Assembly: GCA_043228905.1 (NCBI GenBank)
Contig: JBHGNT010000002.1
Coordinates: forward strand, 11,470,001-11,534,000
Direction of reading: 5' to 3'
Source of the DNA: Azolla caroliniana
Lineage: Eukaryota; Plantae; Polypodiophyta
DNA: 64,000 nt
Part shown: piece by piece, positions 35,353-47,500 of the stretch
Layout: each line of letters starts with the position of its first letter
How positions within the stretch are numbered: position 1 is the stretch's first letter
The notes under the pieces: generated by a model
Databases searched by the model: none
Told to the model about the DNA's origin: nothing
What the model saw: the letters and a program-made list of their open reading frames with translations, nothing else
Program-made: the position numbers and the translations under genes

Positions 35353-36588
35353 AAATTGGTCGACAACATATATCACAGCTCCAAACATACTCCTCAACAA
35401 AATGACGAAGGCGAGGCCACCAATAGCATCGAGAAATTAATTCTAGAGTCTTGTGAACTCCAGAATGACCAGCCATTGGTGAGTCATGGCAATGTTGCAA
35501 AACTTGTAGCCGTGGGGGACCATCAGGAACATACAATAAATTTTGTCGAAATAGAAAACCACCATGCCAATAGAACTGACAATAGTCATTACGAGGATTT
35601 TTCGATCGTGAGCAAGAAGCACGATCCAGGACGATATGATCCAAAAACTCCTTGGCGAAATCATCAGTGGCCATATGATCTTGAATGGAATCAAGAAGAG
35701 TGGAATTTTCAAGAGTTGTTATGGCGTTAACTACCATTAATCGTAATCGATTAGGTCCCAAAAGGATTTGTTTTTGATGCTCAAATGCCTAGACGAAGTT
35801 CCATATAAGAGCGCCGAGAAAGAGCATTTGCTTTGCCTTGCTGCATCCCAGGGTGATATATGATGATAAAGTCGAAGTGAGTCAAAAATTGCGCCCACCG
35901 GGCTTGTCGCCGACTCAAGACTCGAGCATTTTGGAAATAAGTCAGGTTCTTATGATCATTGTAGACAATGATCTGCTGAGAAGAACCTTCTAGGAAATGT
36001 CGCCATTGTTGAAACGAATCCACGATTGCAAGAAGCTCTTTGTCATGGATCTCATAGTTGATCTTTGCAGCTTCAAACTTTCGTGAATGAAAGGTGACAG
36101 GGTGTAGCTGTCCATCATCTCCAGTCTGCGAGAGGACACTCCCTAGTGCAAAATCGGATGCATCGGCTTCGAGGATGAAGTGTTTTGTGTTGGGAGACAG
36201 GTCCCTCCAGATGGGGAGGGAGAAGAACAGTGTTGATGAGCAAACTCGGCCAAGGCCGAAACCGGATGAGGAGTACCTGGCTATGGAGAGCCGGATGGTG
36301 CAGACCCGGTGAGAACCGGATGAGGAGTACCCAGCTATGGAGAGCCGGATGGTGCAGACCCGGTGAGAACCGAATGAGGAGTACCTGGCTACGGAGAGCC
36401 GGATGGTGCAGACCCGGTGAGGAGTGCTCACCGGATGAAGAGACATATTCGTAAATATGTTTCTAAGAGTCCATCGTGGCTATATTTGTAAATAGCCGAA
36501 AAGTCATATTAGTATAAATATGACTTAGGGCAAACTTTTATGGAGTGTTGTCATTCTTGTTTGCGCGAGATCAGAGCGCGTAACTGTG

Positions 36589-36642
<54 letters not shown>

Positions 36643-37775
36643 GAGGTCGTTGCCTCTATTGTAATCGCCGCCTGTGGCGAAGATAGAAAGCTCGAGGTCA
36701 TTGCCTCGATGCTTTACTGTTGTACACTGTAACATAGTGATAGTTTGGAGTCTGTGGACTCCCGTGGTTTTTTTTTCCTCTCAGGGTTTTCCACGTTAAA
36801 CATCATGTTGAAAAGAGATATGATGATAGAAAAGAGAGAGAAGGAAGATATAGAAACCCAAATCTACAAAGATATATTAATAAGGAGTGATGATCATAGA
36901 AACAAGAGAAAGAAGATACATAAACTCAAGCCTACAAGGATGAATTGATCACTAGAAAAACGCACTACAAGAATAGGTAAGAAAAACACCACAAGAAAAA
37001 AGCTCTCCTCACCACCTCACTCTTCTTGCTTTAATTGAAGTTCTCCTCTAGTAGATAAGTTTCGCTTGCTTTCTTTTCCACGCTTTTTTTACAGCTTTTC
37101 CATCTCCTATTCTTAGCTATGATACAACGATCTTCTAATCGTCATATCTCCCTCATCCATGCTCCAAATTTAGAGTTTTAAAAAGCTACGGATAGCTCTC
37201 GTCATAAGCTTTCCAACCCATATTTACACATTATATTTGGCTTCCAAACGAATGAGTTATGAGCGTTCGTTGTAGACTGCATTTTGGTGCCCGCTTTTTT
37301 CTTCTTTTACTTTTCTCCACGTGACTTGCTTTTTGTTTGACTTATCCTCAAGACCTTAGCTCGTGATCTTGCCTTCCGGATGTGAACGCACCATACCTTA
37401 TATTCTTGTAGACTTCAATTCCTTGAATTCTAAAAACACTTTCACACATGTGTACTCTTCTCTCCTTTGTGTCGTGTGTCTTACTTTTTTCCCTATTTTT
37501 GTGTATTATTCTAAGCTCGTTTGTGGCCGAGCGTTGCGCATAACGAGCATTTTAGTTCACGACATTTTGTTGGGTCGACATGTGCTAAGATAGGTGCCGT
37601 TGTAAATGCTCGTTTTAAGCTTTCGAATGCCTCGGCTGCATTTGAACTCCATATAAATGGTTGATCTTCTTTATGTGTGAGTTGAGTAAGCGGAAGCACA
37701 ACCTTGGAATAATCTTTAATAAATTTTCGATAAAAATTTGCAAACCCGAGAAAACATTGCACATCACGCACTAAA
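35353..37775 (-). mobile_element. Ty3/gypsy (chromovirus/Tf2-like) pol fragment, RT linker-RNase H-IN zinc domain, split by a solo LTR
   Basis: [29 protein letters not shown] | HFILEADASDFALG..NYEIHDKELLAI..RQARWA; CHDSPMAGH..YWWP..CDIC. Confidence 0.88.
36188..37564 (+). mobile_element. Solo LTR of the Tork-like family with TSD TTTTG; contains a second LTR-like insert (36806-~37446) and a 54-bp x3 repeat (36260-36420)
   Basis: TSD at 36183-36187 and 37565-37569. Both ends match the split LTR at 24721-33416. Inner insert TGTTGAAAAG..CTTTCACA. Repeat units at 36261, 36315 and 36369. Confidence 0.82.
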
Positions 37776-37779
37776 AGGG

Positions 37780-40700
37780 GCGTTCTTGACGTCCATTTGA
37801 TGGAGGTGCAACCCTTTCGCCGTGGGAAGCGCAATTACGGTCTATACCATCATCATCTTTGCCATCGGGGCAAAGGTCTCTTCGTAGTCAACTCCGTGCG
37901 TTTGGGTGTAGCCTTTCGCTACGAGTCACGCTTTGTAGCGGTTGACGGAACCGTCGGCGTTGTACTTCACTTTGTAAATCCATCTACATCTGATCGCCTT
38001 TTTGTCTGGTGAGGTGGGAACGAGATCCCACGTCTCGTTCTTCCGTAGTGCTTACATCTCCTCGTTCATTGCTTTGATGCATCGTGGGTCCTTCGCGGCT
38101 TTGGAAAAGGTTTCTGGCTCCCGTACTGTCGCTACCTTCATCATAAAGGCATAATGGTATGCCATATAATCGTTGTGGACCAACTTACGGGGTTCTTTTC
38201 ACGGGTGGACCGACAGAGCTTTTCATTTGCAGAGATGAGGGCTTTCTTAGCTCCGATTGGTACCTCCAAACCGCCAAACTCACTATCGAGTGAGTGAGTC
38301 GACTCATCGTTGTTTAAGCGATCATCTGCGTATTCCACCATTTTCGCCTTGCCTTTGTCCATCTTCGGGCTAGGCCTTATGTGCTTTGATCGCTCGAAGG
38401 CTCTTGTGGTCCGCTCAGTCGGGTCGTGATCGGACTTTCGTCGAATATGTGCGTAAGGCGATCTTCATCCTCGATCTCTTGTTCGGCGGATTTCGGGTCG
38501 AGTGGAGTCGGAGTTGTCTCTAGTGCATACCAGGATGCGGACTCGTCAAAAACGACGTCTCGACTTACTCGAGATTTTCGAGTTGAAGGGTTGTAGCACT
38601 TGTACCCCTTTTGCTCCAGTGAGTATCCTACGATGATACATTTCTCCGACTTTGGGTCAAGCTTTTGACGCTTCTCATCGGGGATGTGCACGTACGCTAT
38701 CACGCCGAATATGCGGATGTGCGATAAGTCTGGCTTCTTTCCGAAGTATTTTTCGTGCGGAGTGACCTCATGCACGCCGGATGTTGTGCACCGGTTCATT
38801 AGGTAGATGGTCATATGTGCAACTTCGGCCCAATATGACTTGGGCATATGCTTCTCATTCATCATGGCCCGCGCTACTTCGAGGATATGCAGATTTTTGC
38901 GCTCAGCTACCCCGTTTTGTTGTAGAGTGTGTCGGCAAGTGAATTCTCACCGAATTCCTTCCTTTCGGAGATACACCGTGAAATCGTCCGAGAAGTACTC
39001 CTTGCCGCCATCCGATCGGAGACATCGTACATGTCGGCCCGTGTCTTTCTCGACTTCATTCTTGAATTTTTGGAAGTGTCCGAACACTTCGTTCTTTTGC
39101 CGCATCAGATAGATCCAAGTGTGCCTAGAAAAGTCGTTGATGAAGAGCACGTAATATCGGCATCCGCCGAATGTCACCGTTTGAGCCGGACCCCATACAT
39201 CGGAATGAATTACGTCGAGTATGTCTTTTCTCACGTTCCACTCCGTCGGAAATGGGTGTCGGTGTTGCTTGCCGAACTGGCACGCTTCGCATACACCTTC
39301 AATCTCCTTCTCTTTAAATGTCGGGAGTCCGATGACGACTCCTTTCGATTTCATTGCTTTGAGATTGTTGAGATTGATGTGGCCGATTCGCTTATGCCAT
39401 AGCTCTATGTCGGAGTCGGCTTTTGTGCTTTCCGCAAACATGGCGGATTTCATCTTGTGTGAATCGAGAATGAACATCCGGCCCTTTGTTCTTCCGCGTG
39501 CGATGATTCAACCTTCTTTTTCGATGAAGCACCCTTCTTGGTCAAATCGTACTTGCATCCCTTGCTCCACCATTTGGCCAACCGAGACCAAATTCTTCGT
39601 GATGGTGGGAACATCCAAGACATTTTTAATGTATGTTTGCTTACCTCTTTCGCCAAACGGAACATTGCCGATGTGCCGAATCGGGTGCGTAGTGTCATCT
39701 CCGGTTTCGACATAACCGGGTTGCTCCGGCTCTCAAAGTTCAAGAAACCATTCTTTATGGGATGTATATGGTTTGAGGCTCCGAAGTCAACAAACCATAC
39801 GTCCTCCGGATTGAGGGCGCTAGTTAAGGTAGAGGCCGACATAAAGTTTGCTCTATGTTTCATCATGAACATTCCACCACGGTCGGAGTTGCGTGCATAC
39901 ATTCCGCCACGATCTTCGTAGTCGGAGTTGTTCCCGTACATTCCGCTATACTCTTCGTAGTCGGAATTGTGTGCGTAATTCGTGAGTTGTCGGCTTGTGG
40001 AAGCTGATTCACACATCTTCTTTCGGCACTCTTCTTCGTGGTGGCCGAGCTTTCTGCAATATCCACATTCGGTTGCGTTTTGACGGCTCGGGCCGTAGTG
40101 GAAGCTCCCCCTTCTTGCGAAGGTTCCTCGTTGGCTTCCGTTTTGCGGCCGAAATTGGGAGTTGTTATCGTAGGTCGGACCTCGTCCGCCTTGTCCTTGG
40201 CCGAATCGGCCTCCCGACCGTCTGTGTCCTCTTACTCCGTTCGAGTGTGTGTAGAGCATGTGGCCTTCCGAGTCATTGCTCCTTGTACGCACGTGGTTTT
40301 CTTCGACCAATAGCATTGATTGGAGCTCGAAGAAGGAGGGAGATTTCTCCTGTGCTAGAATGGCGGTTCGCATCACGCCGAACCGTGGTGCGAGGCCGCC
40401 GAGGCATATTTGAACCATCTCATCATCATCGATATTTACGCTTATTGAGCCGAGCAAATCGCAAAGCTCCTTGATCTTCGAGGTGTATGTCGTAATGGAC
40501 ATATCCCTTTGTTGAATGTTGTTCAACTCTTGGTGGAGTTGAAGCCTTCTTGCAGTTGTGTTCGCCATGAAAATCTTTTGTAGATTTTCCCATGCCTCCT
40601 TCGGCATCTTGGCTTCGCGAATGTAGCCAAGCATGTGATCGTGAACACATGTCGTCAAGCAATACATCACGCGGCTTGCGTCTTGCTCCCATGTCGCGTA

Positions 40701-41413
40701 TCCGGGAGCCGCTTCGGTGGGTCGGTCTTCATGCGCTCCTTTGATGTAGCTCTAATAGCCTTGTCCGACAAGGTATTGGTGCATCTTGTACTCCCAAGAT
40801 GCGAAGTTGTTTCGATCCAACTTCTCGGTAGGGAGAGCGCTCCCCATTTGAGAATTCATTATGTCGATTCTTCTTCTTCTTCTTCTCTCTTCGAATGCGA
40901 GCTATGTAGCGAAGCTACGATAGCGATGAGCCGGTTCTTGGTCGTCGGCGTGGAGCACAACACACGATCATGATGAGGCGAATGGGCTAGATCGAGCTAC
41001 CAAATCGCTCTGATACCATGTAAAGAATCGGATATGGATTCTTGTGAAGTGGAAGAGATATGAGTTATGTGTGTGTGTATGAGAGAGAGAGAGTGTGTGT
41101 GACAGAGACAAGGAATAAGACACACAGTATACGCAAGGTAGATTATATTAACAAAGGAGAAAGACTCAACTAAATACAAGATGAGAGGAGGGTGCTTTAT
41201 ATAGTCACCCTCTCTCTTCATTAACTACAAGACTCATGGAGCATGGGGATTGTGAAAGCTCATAAGTTATGTGTCATAGAATATGATTCTATGACTCATA
41301 CTAAATGCTAGAATACAAAGAGGTGACATAATGGTGACTCTTGACCGTTGGAGTGTCTATTCACTCTCAAGGTAAGTTCACACACTAGACCAAGTTGAGC
41401 TTGATTCTCAACA
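37780..41413 (-). mobile_element. Ty1/copia, 5' LTR 41019-41413, gag-PR-IN-partial RT, 3' truncated
   Basis: PBS rc GCTCTGATACCA ending 41018; ORFs 39450-40670, 38947-39477, 38377-38865. Same family as 24862-27493 and 60483-63074. Confidence 0.9.
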
Positions 41414-41901
41414 GAACTCTTGACCTCTTGTATATAAACAAGTGTTGTGTTCTAGCCAACACATCCAAATATATGGTCATGTTTTGTATATCTTAGTAGA
41501 TTATTAGTAGATTATCTATTTCAAGTTCTAGGAGTTTTTAGAAAGTTCTAGAACTAGAAGGTTCTAGAGGGTTCTAGAATATTCTCCTGAATATTCTAAT
41601 GTATGTACTTCGACTCACAGTATAAATACTTGTAACCTCCTTGGTCCCTTTTCAAGGGATTCAACACCATTCATAGACACATCAATCTAGTATTCTTGTT
41701 TAGCCCCATCGTCTCTCCTTGATTTACATCTTTGTCTTTATGCTCTTGTATTTGTTCCTAGCGTCTTAAGTTCCTCATCTCATCGCTCCTAACTTCCCAA
41801 GTTTCTAGCCTCATCACGTCGAGTTCCACGTTCATAATCTTATCAGTCGTAGCCTTGTCATCTGTGCTTTGTCGTAGTCTAGCGTTGGTGTGTCTGTGAC
41901 A
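41414..41901. mobile_element. LTR-like remnant (TTCTAGAA-rich, ends TGTGACA)
   Basis: Repeated TTCTAG motifs, TATAAATA, pyrimidine-rich tail, terminal TGACA. Confidence 0.45.
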
Positions 41902-44515
41902 CCTGTTTCAAGTTGTAAAGACTCTTCCTGAGTCGGCAAACTAGATGTTCTTGCATGGGTGCGATGAAGCCTTTTGGCTGCTCCATATAAATTTCCTCCT
42001 CTATATCACCATGGGGGAATGTCGTTTTGACATCTAACTAAATCAATTCCAAATTCTTGGCTGCCACAACACCGAGCACAAAGCGAAGGGTTGTCATTTT
42101 CACCATTGGTGAAAATATTCCGTCGAAATCGACGCCATATTCCTGTCGAAACCCTTTCGCAATTAATCTGGCCTTGAATTTTGGGGTGGCCGAATCAGAC
42201 GTTTCTTTAATTCTATGGACCCATTTGCACAGAAGAGCGCGTCGATTTTTCAGTAGTTCGACCAAGTCCCAAGTTTGGTTTGCTCAAATGGAGTTCGAGA
42301 TGAACTCCATTGCCAGATGTCAGGTGGCCGAATCGGCAGATGCCGATGATTCTTCGTATGACGTCGGTTCTCCAGCGTCCATAAAGAAGATTCCAAGAGG
42401 GTATCTTTGTGGGGGTTGTGACAGTCTCTCGGATCTTCGAGGTATGACTGGACTTGTCGCATCGGGTGTCGAAGTCAGATGGTCAAAAGCCGAACAATTC
42501 GGTTGTGCCGAGTCGGATGTTGTTGAGTTAGTACTAGAGGTTTCGGCCACCCATGCAGCCGATCTTGTGTTTTGTGGTGGGCCTTCGTGAAGGGTTGGCA
42601 CATTCGAAAAAATTACCCTTCGGACATCGAACGGCTTTTCAGCCGATTGATGCATGGATGACTCATTGAACACTACGTCCGAACTTCGGACGATCTGTCT
42701 ATGCTCGGGGTCCCGGAGTCAATAGCCGATTTTGCCATATGGTCCATAACCGAGTAAAATGCATTTCCTGGACCTTGGTGCAAGTTTGCGGCGATCATCT
42801 TTCGATATGAGGGTGTATGCCTCGCAACCGAAAATCCTCAACTTGTTGTAATTCGGCTTGCTGTCGTTCCATAGTTCCTGAGGTATTCGAAGTCCTAGAG
42901 GCCTACTTGGCGACATATTGTTTATGTGTACTGTTGTAAGTAATGTGTCTGCCCAGAAGCCATCCGATAGTCCGGAGTGTTGGAGCATGGAATATCCTTT
43001 CTTGAATTTTCTGATTCATCTACTCGGCAATTCCGTTCTACTCCGAACTATGGGGTGTTATTATATATTCACGTCGTATGCCGCGTTGTCGGAAAAATAT
43101 GAGGAATTCTTCATATTTGAACTCTCCTCCATTATCAGTCCGAAAGCATTTCAGTTTTCAACTGGACTGATTCTCGACCATAGCGAGCTAATCGGATAAA
43201 ATCGAGAACACTCAATCTTTAGTTTTAATTGGGTAAGCCCACACCTTTCGAGTCGAGTCGTTAATAAAGCTGACGAGATACAAGGCACCGCCGAGAGAGT
43301 GATGTGGCATAGGACCATAGACGTCCGAGTGGACCAAATCGAGGGGACTCGATTCTCTCGATGTTGATGTGGAATGTGATGCGGCTATCTGTTTTCCGTA
43401 CTGGAAATGCTCGTAGAATTGATGATCAAAGAAGGAGAGTTAAGGGATGTATCTAGCTCTAGATAAATGCGTGATGCCGGCCTTGCTAAGGTGTCTGCGT
43501 CGTCCATGCCAAAGTGATGACACGGGAATGTCGACCAAGAACAAGTCACCCTCTCTGAGTGTGGCATATAACAGGTACAATGAGTATACTTTCGGTCCTT
43601 GAGAAAGCAGGAGATTCCCCCTGTGGAGTGTCCATCCTCCTTATGAGAAACCGACACGGATGCCGTCTTCGTCCAATTGTCCAACTGAGATCAACGGTCT
43701 TGAGAGCTTAGATACATGTCAGACATTATGTAGTACCACTGTAGAGCCACCCGGAAGGTTGAGCTCTACTGTGCCAATTCCAATAATCGCGCAGTGCTGC
43801 GAATTTCCGACTCTAACTGAGTCGGAATGCCGTGCTGAGTATTGCCAAAATTGGGATCGATGAGGAGTCACATGAAAGGATGCACCCGAATCCAAGAACC
43901 ATGTGCTCGATTCCTCAATCGTAAGCAGAACTTTTGATTCAATTGGGTTTTCAATGGATAGAATGTTAGGGTCGTTTGACAATACTTCGGCTAAAGAGCC
44001 GACATAGTTGACCTCCTCATGTCGGTCACTCTTTTGATCCACTCATTGAGGCTTATCGTTTTTGGCCTTGAGTGCACGGAAATCAGCTTTGATGTGTCTG
44101 GGTTTCTTGCAATAATTGCAGACTCGATTATCCCAGGACTTGCTCCGACTTCGCTGGTTGTTCGATTGTCGTGAAGAACCTCTTCCTCGGTTGTTCGATC
44201 AGTCGATCGAACCTTGTACTACATACGTGTTATTGGCTAAATCGGTTGCAAACAATTTCCTCTGAGTTGTGTCACTCAGAATTGCACTCGTGACTAAGGA
44301 GTATTTAACAGTCGTAGTCAATGCGTTGCACACGGTTGTCACGAAAGTTTCCCACGAAAGGGGAACACTACTCATAAGCAACATTGCTCTTAGTTCATCC
44401 TCGATAGTCGTCCCCTGAGCCAAAATCTGGGAGCTCAGACTTTCGTACTCGTTGAGGTGTGCCTGGACCGAATCGGATTCTTTCATCCGAAGGTTATAAA
44501 GGCGTCATATCAAAT

Positions 44516-47500
44516 TGTGAATGTTAATGTGCGGAAGCGTCAGACAGAATCGGCTCAGCCGGATAGCAATAGAAAATGAGATGGAGGTTTAATGGAAAAG
44601 CTTAAAACACAGCGGAGACAGAGAGAGCAGAACATAAAACTATATTAAAAAATTAACTCTAAAACTTTGTGCATTCAACGTGCTAAACAACACTATTTAT
44701 ACAAGTCCATAAAGGACTAACAGAAGCACTGACATGTACTTCAATGCTCACATGTGCGACTGACACTAACTGCGAGACAATGATTACCTAGTAGTTTAGG
44801 CTACTACTAGGCTTCCTGTTCCCGCTCGAATCCGGCTCCCCGATCCGGCCAGTTGTTTCTGGATCCGGTTGAGCTTGCTCGCTCAAGACTCTCCCTCAAG
44901 CTCAACTTGAGGTCGGATCGTGGTGTTAGTGTCCGCACTAGCCGGTTCTTCTGCCCAGCTCCTTTTGGCGTTGCTCCGCCTCGCTCGCGTTCCTCGTCCG
45001 GTCCGGTCTTGTTTGCCGTGACCCTTCTGGTTTTGCACACCTCGACCTCCTCGGTCGGCTTGTCTGCTCAACAGGCCCATTTCAGCTCCCTCGTTGTTGC
45101 GACTCCGACGCTTGTCGACCCGTCGGTTCCTTCGTGTTGGCGTCGACTTCCGCTGCGTCCGTGTCCGCTTGGCCTTTAGTTGATCTGGCTTCTCCGAATC
45201 TTGAACCGAATCAATTTCCTTCGATTCGTCCCAGCTCTTGTCCAAGTCGGTGTTCTCCAACTCGTCTTCCGGTTTCAGGCCCTTCACCACACTGAACCAC
45301 GTCCGAGTCTTGGCCATTTTCTTCCTGTCGGCTCTGTCCTTCTTGACTCTGCCGCCGTTGCCGCTTGTTCTAACCTTTTTGGATGTGCTGACTCCTTCGG
45401 TCGGCTTGGCTTCCTTTTTCCTCTTGTCTCCCCCTTTGATGGTTCTTTCTTCCTCTCTGGCTACTTGTCTGGTGCCATCCGTTCCCTTTCCTTTTCTCCC
45501 CCTCAAGTGTGGCACGTCGAGATGCTGAACACCAAGCATTTCGGTGAAGTGCTACAACTTGTCCGAACCGAGCGGTTTGGTGAAGATATCGGCAATTTGC
45601 CGATCTGTCTGAACATACCGAAGTTCTACTTCATCGTTCAAAACCCGCTCATGCACAAAGTGACAGTGGACTTTTATGTGCTTCTTCCGAGCATGGAACA
45701 CGGGGTTTTTGGCGAGCTGAATGCTGCTCATGTTGTCACAATAGAGCAGAATCGGGGTCGGGACCTCAAACCGCAGGTCTTGCAGCAGTCGCCGAAGCCA
45801 TATGGCTTCATAGGTGGCATTGGTAGCACCACGGTATTCAACCTCAGTGCTCGACATAGCCACTGTTGGCTGCTTTTTGTTGTTCCACGCACCAGCCGCG
45901 CTACCCAAAGAAAACATGTAACCGGAGGTGGATCGGTGATCCGATGCATCACCGGCCCAATCAGCATCTGTATATCCGACTAGTTCTTCGGCTATACCAT
46001 GTCGGTATAGCAGTCCCTGCTCCTTCGTGTCGCTCACGTACCAGAGTATCCAATGTGCGCACTGAAGGTGCTCGACGGTCGGCTTCTGCATGAATTGGTT
46101 GATCACTCCAACCGAGTAACTGAGGTCAGGTCGAGTGATTGTCAAGTATATCAGGCTTCAGACGATTTGTCGTAACCGTTTCTCATCCTAGGCTGGTCCA
46201 GAGTTGAGACAGAGCTTCTAATTCCGGTCCAGGGTTGTGGAGACAGGTCGGCACTCCGTCATACCGAACTTGTACAACATATTCAACACATAGTGTCGTT
46301 GTGAGAGCAATATGCCGTTGGGGGTTCTGATCACCTCGATCCAGAGAAAATAATGAAGGTCCCCCAGGTCCTTCATTTCAAATGCGTCCGACACCGGTGA
46401 TGACTAAATCATCAACATAAAGTAGGATGCAAACCGGACCGTCCAGACCTTGCCGGAGGAACAACGACGAGTCGAATTTAGAGGTCACAAACCCCATCTT
46501 ACGCAACCGGTGCGTGATCTTCGCATTCCAACCTCAAAGGGCTTGTTTCAGACCATAAAGCGACTTCTTGAGCCAGCACACCGCCGACTTGTTCATCTCC
46601 GACTGAAAACCGAGAGGTTGGATCATATAGACCCGTTCTTCAAGGTCACCTTGAAGAAACACATTCTTCACATCCATCTAGTGAAGATGTCAACCCCTTG
46701 CCGCAGCAACTGCCAGTACCACACAAACCGTCGTCATCTTCGCTACCGGGTCGAAGGTCTCGTCGTAATCGATTCCCTGGGTCAGTGCGTATACCTTCGC
46801 CACTAACCGGGCCTTGTACCGGTGAACGGAACCGTTGGCATTGTACTTTACCTTGTACACCCATTTGCAACTCATCGGTTTACAGTGTCGGGGAGGGTCA
46901 ACAAGGTCCCATGTGTCGTTGGCATCTAGTGCCCGCATTTCTTCCTCCATAGCGGCACGCCAATTTGCGTCCTTTGCCGCTTCTATGTAGCTCTCCGGCT
47001 CACGCACTTTCGCCACCTTAGTCATGAACGCATAATGATGTGCCATGTACTCATTGTACCTGTACCGCGTAACGGGGTTCTTCAGGCAGGAAGACCGGCG
47101 TAACTTGGTATTACCTGGTTTGGGGCCCTTCTTGGCTAGGTCAGATTTCGTTCCCGAAGATCCGCCTTCATCCTTTCCGGAGTCGGATTCGCTCCGATCC
47201 GACTCAACGTTGCCGGTTTCGTATTCCGACATCTTCTTCTTCCCCTTCTCTTTGCGCGTGAACTGTCTCCTCGGTTCCTTGCGCAAGGAGAGCATGGAAG
47301 AGTCTCCACTACTCACTGGTTCCTCATCCGACTGGTCATCCCAACTCAGCTGCTCATTCGGTCCACTTAGCCAGAATGAGATCGGACTCTCTTCTAGAGT
47401 GCCGAAGTCTTCATCTTCTACTTGGACCTCCTCCGGCTCACTAGCCTCATCTTCAGGAATCGGGTCTTCGTCGGGAGTTGGAGTTGGTAAGGAGTACCAT

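Noticed and set aside
45180-45983. Long antisense ORFs over copia pol/gag (also 51174-51881, 29134-29625 and others)
   Set aside because: Shadow frames of retroelement coding sequence with no independent motifs.
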